Assembly (NCBI GenBank): GCA_036170655.1
Contig: JAVHPP010000015.1
Location: forward strand, 1-20,822
DNA: 20,822 bases
Direction: 5' to 3'
Source: Candidatus Zixiibacteriota bacterium
Lineage (GTDB): Bacteria > Zixibacteria > MSB-5A5 > WJJR01
In this document: positions 16,029 to 20,822 of the stretch, one piece after another
Layout of the letters: every line of letters begins with the position of its first letter
Position numbering within the stretch: the first letter of the stretch is position 1
Notes under the pieces: model-generated
Told to the model about the DNA's origin: nothing
The model's input: only the letters and a program-made list of their open reading frames with translations
Database searches by the model: none
Translations under genes and position numbers: made by a program

Positions 16029-17534
16029 ATGCCATCTCATGACACGCGGCGTACCCCCCTGCTCGTCTGGGCGCTGCTCCTGGTTGTCGGGTTGATAGCG
16101 GGCTTGTACCTCAGCCGACGTCCGCCGGTACCATCCGGGTCTGGCAACGGCTCGGTGCCGCCGGAGGGCCGCGGGGATTCACCCGCTACGGTGATGGCCC
16201 AGACGTTGCCCGGTGCCGAGCCTCCGGGACACTGGGGTTTTGCCGATGTGGCCGCCCGTGTGACACCGGCGGTCGTCAATGTTTTCTCAGAACGCATTGT
16301 GGTGACCCGTGACCGGGTCACTTCGCCGTTTTGGTCGGATCCCTTCTTCGATTTCTTTGGTCAGCGCTATTACTCGGTTCCCCGGGAACGCCGGGAGACA
16401 TCCTTGGGTTCCGGTGTGATTGTCAGCGATTCGGGCATTGTGCTGACCAACAATCATGTCATCGAAGGCGCCCAGGGAATCCAAGTGGCGCTCGCCGGTG
16501 GCCGCAAGTTTACGGCGCACCTGGTGGGAACCGATCCGGCCACCGACGTGGCCGTGCTGAAGATTAAGGCGGAGAATCTTCCCGTTGTGCGCATGGGCAA
16601 TTCCGATTCTGCGCGTATCGGCGACGTTGTGCTGGCCATCGGCAATCCTTTCGGTATTGGTCAGACTGTCACCATGGGAATCATCTCCGCGACGGGACGC
16701 TCGGACGTGGGCATTGTCGACTATGAGAATTTCATCCAGACCGATGCCGCGATCAATCCGGGCAATTCCGGCGGCGCGCTGGTCGACAGCGACGGGAACC
16801 TTATTGGCATCAACACGGCCATTTTCTCTCGTTCCGGCGGGTACCAGGGAATCGGCTTTGCCGTTCCCATCAACATGGCACGGGTCGTGATGCAGAGCAT
16901 CGTGACCACTGGCGCAGTGGCACGCGGATGGTTAGGGATGTCGTTCCAGGATGTCAGCGAAGCGATCCGCGTCGCCTTTGGACTGGAAGGGACTGGTGGC
17001 GCGCTGGTCAATGAGGTGAACGCCGACGGTCCTGCTGATCGCGCCGGTATCAAGCGCGGTGATGTGATTGTGGCCTTTAATGGGCAGAAAATCTCCGATG
17101 CCATGGACCTCCGCCGCCTCATCGCTCTGTCCCCTGTTGAGACCGCTGTGGAAATCACCTACAAGCACGGGTCCAGCACATCGGACGTGCGTATGAAGAT
17201 CGAGCAGATGGCCGGGACCTACACTTATCTTTCCGGGAAATCGAAGGAGTGGGTCAGCCCCATCGAGGGAGTTGTGGTTGAGGCGTTGGACCGGCGAACG
17301 GCAGAACGTATGGGTTTGCGCTCAGGGACTCAGGGCGTGATCGTCAAAGACATCGTGGATCAGTCACCGGCCGTGTACTCCGGGCTGCGGATCGGCGACA
17401 TCCTCCTCGAGATCAACCGGGAGCAGGTGGGATCGGTCGAGGATTTCAAACAACTCGTCACCAAGTTTGAGGGCAAGACCCTCATAATGCTGGTCTCACG
17501 TGCGGGACGATTGTATTACCTTTCCCTGCCATGA
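16029..17534 (+). CDS. HtrA/DegP/DegQ (Do family) serine protease with two PDZ domains
   Basis: AGAGGA RBS; N-terminal TM; catalytic triad TNNHVI, TDVAVLK, INPGNSGGAL; IGNPFG, QTDAAIN; PDZ1 RGWLG...GPA..AGIK.GD; PDZ2 SPA..SGLR.GD. Confidence 0.95.
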   Translation: MPSHDTRRTPLLVWALLLVVGLIAGLYLSRRPPVPSGSGNGSVPPEGRGDSPATVMAQTLPGAEPPGHWGFADVAARVTPAVVNVFSERIVVTRDRVTSPFWSDPFFDFFGQRYYSVPRERRETSLGSGVIVSDSGIVLTNNHVIEGAQGIQVALAGGRKFTAHLVGTDPATDVAVLKIKAENLPVVRMGNSDSARIGDVVLAIGNPFGIGQTVTMGIISATGRSDVGIVDYENFIQTDAAINPGNSGGALVDSDGNLIGINTAIFSRSGGYQGIGFAVPINMARVVMQSIVTTGAVARGWLGMSFQDVSEAIRVAFGLEGTGGALVNEVNADGPADRAGIKRGDVIVAFNGQKISDAMDLRRLIALSPVETAVEITYKHGSSTSDVRMKIEQMAGTYTYLSGKSKEWVSPIEGVVVEALDRRTAERMGLRSGTQGVIVKDIVDQSPAVYSGLRIGDILLEINREQVGSVEDFKQLVTKFEGKTLIMLVSRAGRLYYLSLP

Positions 17535-17594
17535 CCCGGTGATGGAGATGTGTGGCTTATGGTCAAACTTCATCTCGAGCGAAGGATGGAATTG

Positions 17595-18224
17595 ATGATG
17601 AGAACGAGAGGCGTGCTCCTCTTGTGCGTTGCTGGTCTCCTGACGGGCTGCGGTCGGTCGGATTCCACGCGCACTCCGGCGACCAGTCAAACAGCGACAC
17701 CGTCCTCTGCGCGTCCGCAGCCTGTCGCGGCGCCCGATACATCGGCGTCTCCGCCATGGATCGAACGCAGCCGGAGCTGGCCTGACACGTTGCTGTGGGT
17801 TTTCGATTCGGTTGGAGAACATATGCAGGATGGATTGTTGATGCGGTTGCGGCTTGATGCCCGGCAGAACTACATTCCCGGATATTACAAAGACTCCAAA
17901 CCGCTCGAGTGTCAGATGTTCATGACACTGCGTCCGATCCCTCTGTGGTCCCTGGCCCGCGGACTGGTGGCCGACTCAGTGGTCTTCACCGATCCCGTCC
18001 GGCACGAAAGATTTCCCGGGATTCCCATCCTGGCATCCGAACGATCTACTGAGGGCCAGACCGTACGCACCACTTTCTCGACGAACCTTGCCAAACCGCA
18101 TAAGGTCGATCTGGCCGAGGGTCAACTTCTGGAGCCGGTTGTCTGTATGCACTGGGAGAAACGTCAGATTGTCGCCAAGTTGCTGCCGGTTCCCGTCAGG
18201 TTTATACGCAGCGAGGAACCGTGA
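17595..18224 (+). CDS. Hypothetical lipoprotein
   Basis: MMRTRGVLLLCVAGLLTG/C lipobox, Pro/Thr/Ser/Ala-rich linker, beta-rich domain; AAGGA RBS upstream. Confidence 0.7.
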   Translation: MMRTRGVLLLCVAGLLTGCGRSDSTRTPATSQTATPSSARPQPVAAPDTSASPPWIERSRSWPDTLLWVFDSVGEHMQDGLLMRLRLDARQNYIPGYYKDSKPLECQMFMTLRPIPLWSLARGLVADSVVFTDPVRHERFPGIPILASERSTEGQTVRTTFSTNLAKPHKVDLAEGQLLEPVVCMHWEKRQIVAKLLPVPVRFIRSEEP

Positions 18225-18274
18225 CCCAAGGGTTGCCAAAGTGACTGCAGGATTCCATCGGTGTGAGTGTCACA

Positions 18275-18958
18275 ATGGCTGATGCGGGCACCGGGCATCT
18301 GAGGGTTTCTCTGGCGACTGCCGGGAGCGGCGGAGACATTCATGTCGTGCGCGTCGACGGGACCGTCGACACCGTGACTGCGCCCGAACTTGACCTTGTG
18401 CTTGCGTCGCTGGTCAGCCAAAAGCGTTACCGCATAGTCGTCGATCTGGCGGGCGTGAGCTACGTTTCGTCAGCGGGATGGGGTGTCTTCGTCTCACGGC
18501 TGCGGGAGATTCGGGAAGGCGGGGGGGATATCAAGCTGACACGGATGACGGCCGATGTGCACGAAATCTATGATCTCTTAGAGTTCGAAGGAGTGATCAC
18601 ACACTTCGACCGGCTCGAGGCAGCACAAGCCGCCTTCAATGGCGGCAATGGCCACACGGTGCCGTCTCCCGAGGCAAAGCCAGTCCAGTCGTCACCTGCA
18701 CCTGTTTGTCATCGGTCTTTTCCACTCTCGAGCCCACTGGGGATTCCCGCCTTGGACGCCGCCGTTCTTCGTCTGGTCCTCGAGGACCCATTCTACAGTG
18801 TGCGCGAGATGAGGTCCCGTCTTGGTGAGCTGGGGCAGAGTTCGCCGGGCTACTGGACCGTGTGGTCGGTTCTCCGACGGCATCAGCTTTTGACACGACG
18901 CCGGCGCTTCCGGTATTTCCGTCGTCATCAGTCAATGATGTCAACTGGACTTGCCTGA
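18275..18958 (+). CDS. STAS anti-sigma-factor antagonist (RsbV/SpoIIAA-like) fused to a C-terminal helix-turn-helix-like domain (alternative GTG start at 18263)
   Basis: V.VDG.VDT.TAPEL, IVVDL.GV.YVSSAG.GV (phospho-Ser site), GG.IKL..M...V.EI..L. Pro/Ser linker, then LRLVLEDPFYS.REM...L....WTVWSVLRRHQL with an Arg-rich tail. Confidence 0.82.
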   Translation: MADAGTGHLRVSLATAGSGGDIHVVRVDGTVDTVTAPELDLVLASLVSQKRYRIVVDLAGVSYVSSAGWGVFVSRLREIREGGGDIKLTRMTADVHEIYDLLEFEGVITHFDRLEAAQAAFNGGNGHTVPSPEAKPVQSSPAPVCHRSFPLSSPLGIPALDAAVLRLVLEDPFYSVREMRSRLGELGQSSPGYWTVWSVLRRHQLLTRRRRFRYFRRHQSMMSTGLA

Positions 18959-20136
18959 TGGGCTGGATACGTCACAAGTCCCGCCGTGGTCCTCTTGTCC
19001 TTGTGCATCGGCGTACCGGTTCACGCGAGGCCGTTAGTCAGGTGGGTGACGCGACGGTCCCCACAGCAAAGGATGTCCGTGAAACAACTCCTTTGGAGCG
19101 GTGGCTGGGCGCGGAATCCTTGATGTCCCTCTGTGTGCAGGTTTTCGCCGATCTGCATGAGACGCACCACCTGTCACGACTCCTGATTGTGTCGTGTAAC
19201 GCTGGTGGTCCGTCGGGCTGGGTGCTGATGCCCCATGAGGAGAACTCTCCTCTGGTTGAGGACTGGTTTGCGCAATTTGATTGTCACCCGGCGGGCAGTC
19301 CAGGTGAGGTCATCGGAACGTCATTCGAGCGAACCAGCCAACGGTTCGATGTTGATCCCGGTCTCCGCCGGGCGGGCTTCACGCATGGCGCGTCTGTCGG
19401 GACCGGACGCGCCGTGTCCTACCATGTTTACTGGGGGTGGGACGACGGACTCGCCGATGGCGCCGGCGGACGCGCTGCCGGGGACAGAGTCCCCACGGAC
19501 AATGTTTTCGATGGCCCTCTCTGGTCCCCGCTTCAGGTCGCGCTGATCAACATGTCCCGGATGGAATATTTGCGCGAACTGTCTCATATTGACTCGCTGA
19601 CACATGCATTCAACCGCCGCCACTTCAATCTGCGTCTGACCGAAGAGATTAGCCGGGCGCGCCGGTTCAATCGTCCGCTGTCCCTCGTGGTCTTTGACAT
19701 TGACCGGTTCAAAGATTTGAACGATGCTTATGGTCATCAGGTTGGAGACGCGCTCTTGCAGCGCCTCGCCGATCATGTTCGATTGACCGTTCGTTCCATC
19801 GATCTGTTGTGCCGTATCGGCGGCGATGAGTTTGCCGTCCTCATGCCCGACACAGATATTGATGATTGCACACGTTTTGGCGGGCGGTTGCGCACGTCCC
19901 TATCCGCCCAGCGCTTCGCGGTGGATGCCCGTCAATTGCCAACCCCCCTGTTGATCTCCATCGGCGGCGCCGCGTTTCCGTGCCATGCGCAAAACGCCGA
20001 AGCGCTTCTCTGGTGCGCAGACATGGCACTTCTCGAAGCTAAGCAGCAGGGACGCGATCGCTTTGTCTTCTATACAGACGGACTGGGATCGACCGCTGTC
20101 TGTCCGCGAAGCGGGCGTTCGCCGAACGGGCCATAG
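18958..20136 (+). CDS. GGDEF diguanylate cyclase with an unassigned (possibly degenerate GAF-like) N-terminal region
   Basis: ATG overlaps the STAS stop (TGATG). DSLT..FNRR, FDIDRFK.LND.YGH.VGD.LL, RSID-LLCRI-GGDEF (intact A-site and RxxD I-site), SIG.A.FP, AD.AL..AK..GR. Confidence 0.92.
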   Translation: MGWIRHKSRRGPLVLVHRRTGSREAVSQVGDATVPTAKDVRETTPLERWLGAESLMSLCVQVFADLHETHHLSRLLIVSCNAGGPSGWVLMPHEENSPLVEDWFAQFDCHPAGSPGEVIGTSFERTSQRFDVDPGLRRAGFTHGASVGTGRAVSYHVYWGWDDGLADGAGGRAAGDRVPTDNVFDGPLWSPLQVALINMSRMEYLRELSHIDSLTHAFNRRHFNLRLTEEISRARRFNRPLSLVVFDIDRFKDLNDAYGHQVGDALLQRLADHVRLTVRSIDLLCRIGGDEFAVLMPDTDIDDCTRFGGRLRTSLSAQRFAVDARQLPTPLLISIGGAAFPCHAQNAEALLWCADMALLEAKQQGRDRFVFYTDGLGSTAVCPRSGRSPNGP

Positions 20137-20197
20137 AATAGGTCCGATGGACCCGCCGCGGCGGGCGGTTCCGCAATAATGTGAATCTCCGGCAGGT

Positions 20198-20822
20198 ATG
20201 AAAGATCTGCTGACGTTCAATTTCGGCTGCACCGGCACCGGGTCCGAAAACGGACCGTCCACGCCCTCCACCGTGGTCAGACCTGCGTGGGCAGGCGGCC
20301 TGACGGAGATCGTGGAAATGCTACATCACGCCCGCACGGTGGCGACGTTTTTTGTCTGCCGTCACATCGCGACCCGTCACCCGGATGTCATTCGCGCACT
20401 GGCCGAGAATGGCCATGAGATTGGCTTGCTGGAATGCAAGCACCTCCATCGACCGCCCGCGCCGCAGGCAAACGGCCGGTCAAAGGCGAATGTTTTTACG
20501 GAGTTGCATCTGTCCGAGTACCGGCACGTCGTGGAAGATGCCTGCGGGATGGCAATTCGCGGGCATCGTGACCGTTTCTATTCCCTCGAGCGTGATGCCG
20601 GCGCGGTTTGGACGGCGTTCGGAAAGGGAGGAATCGCGTATGATTCTTCTGTTCTCCCGTTGGCCGTCACTAAGCAGGGAATCCCCGTTCTGCCTCGGTT
20701 CCCGTTTCGCGCGGTGACCGGTCCGCACCGGATCATCGAGTGGCCGGTGCTGTTGGTTCGCCTGTTCGGCCGCTGGTTTCCGGCGGCCGGATCGTATCTC
20801 GACCGTCTGCCGTTCTGGACCA
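20198..20822 (+). CDS. Polysaccharide deacetylase-like protein (CE4/NodB, DUF3473-associated type) with degenerate catalytic motifs; 3'-truncated
   Basis: Not in the ORF track. Manual translation from ATG 20198 (AGGT just upstream) is open to the window end: MKDLLTFNFG...ATFFVCRHIATRHPDVIRALAENGHEIG...VEDACG..IRGHR..FYSL...YDSSVLP...IIEWPV....FG..FPAAGSYL. Confidence 0.8.
   Translation, partial: MKDLLTFNFGCTGTGSENGPSTPSTVVRPAWAGGLTEIVEMLHHARTVATFFVCRHIATRHPDVIRALAENGHEIGLLECKHLHRPPAPQANGRSKANVFTELHLSEYRHVVEDACGMAIRGHRDRFYSLERDAGAVWTAFGKGGIAYDSSVLPLAVTKQGIPVLPRFPFRAVTGPHRIIEWPVLLVRLFGRWFPAAGSYLDRLPFWT

Noticed and set aside
18262..18274. TGTGA-gtg-TCACA resembling a CRP site upstream of the STAS gene
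   Set aside because: The spacer is 3 bp rather than the required 6 bp, and it overlaps the possible start codons.
18750..18930. Transposase remnant suggested by the IS-like HTH
   Set aside because: It is fused in frame to an intact STAS domain, with no DDE domain, terminal inverted repeats or target duplication nearby.
18862..18957. N-terminal extension of the GGDEF ORF
   Set aside because: It overlaps the STAS-HTH coding region; the TGATG coupling at 18956-18960 gives a better start.

Overview
Gene-dense, GC-rich bacterial chromosomal window with about 21 CDS, all on the + strand. I found no rRNA, tRNA, CRISPR array or mobile element. The gene content (PorV/PorQ-type barrels, FlgD-Ig/T9SS-type C-terminal domain, DUF6754 cluster) suggests a diderm FCB-group organism outside Bacteroidota, e.g. 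Zixibacteria-like; this is inference. Gene order: larC (5'-truncated), etfA, SPFH/zinc-ribbon protein (YdjI-like), duplicated zinc-finger protein (YdjG-like), short Ppx/GppA, large Asp-box beta-propeller with a secretion-type CTD, two PorV/PorQ-family barrels, a four-gene uncharacterised membrane module containing DUF6754, a 46-aa zinc-ribbon microprotein, DUF72, peptidase S11 (PbpG-like), a small coiled-coil protein, DegP/DegQ, a lipoprotein, a STAS-HTH fusion, a GGDEF cyclase, and a 3'-truncated CE4 deacetylase-like gene that is absent from the ORF track and appears catalytically dead. Best candidates for undescribed systems: (1) the coupled four-gene DUF6754 membrane complex, (2) the beta-propeller cargo with two PorV-like barrels, (3) the STAS-HTH/GGDEF/pseudo-deacetylase module. 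Family calls come from motif recognition by eye, not database searches.
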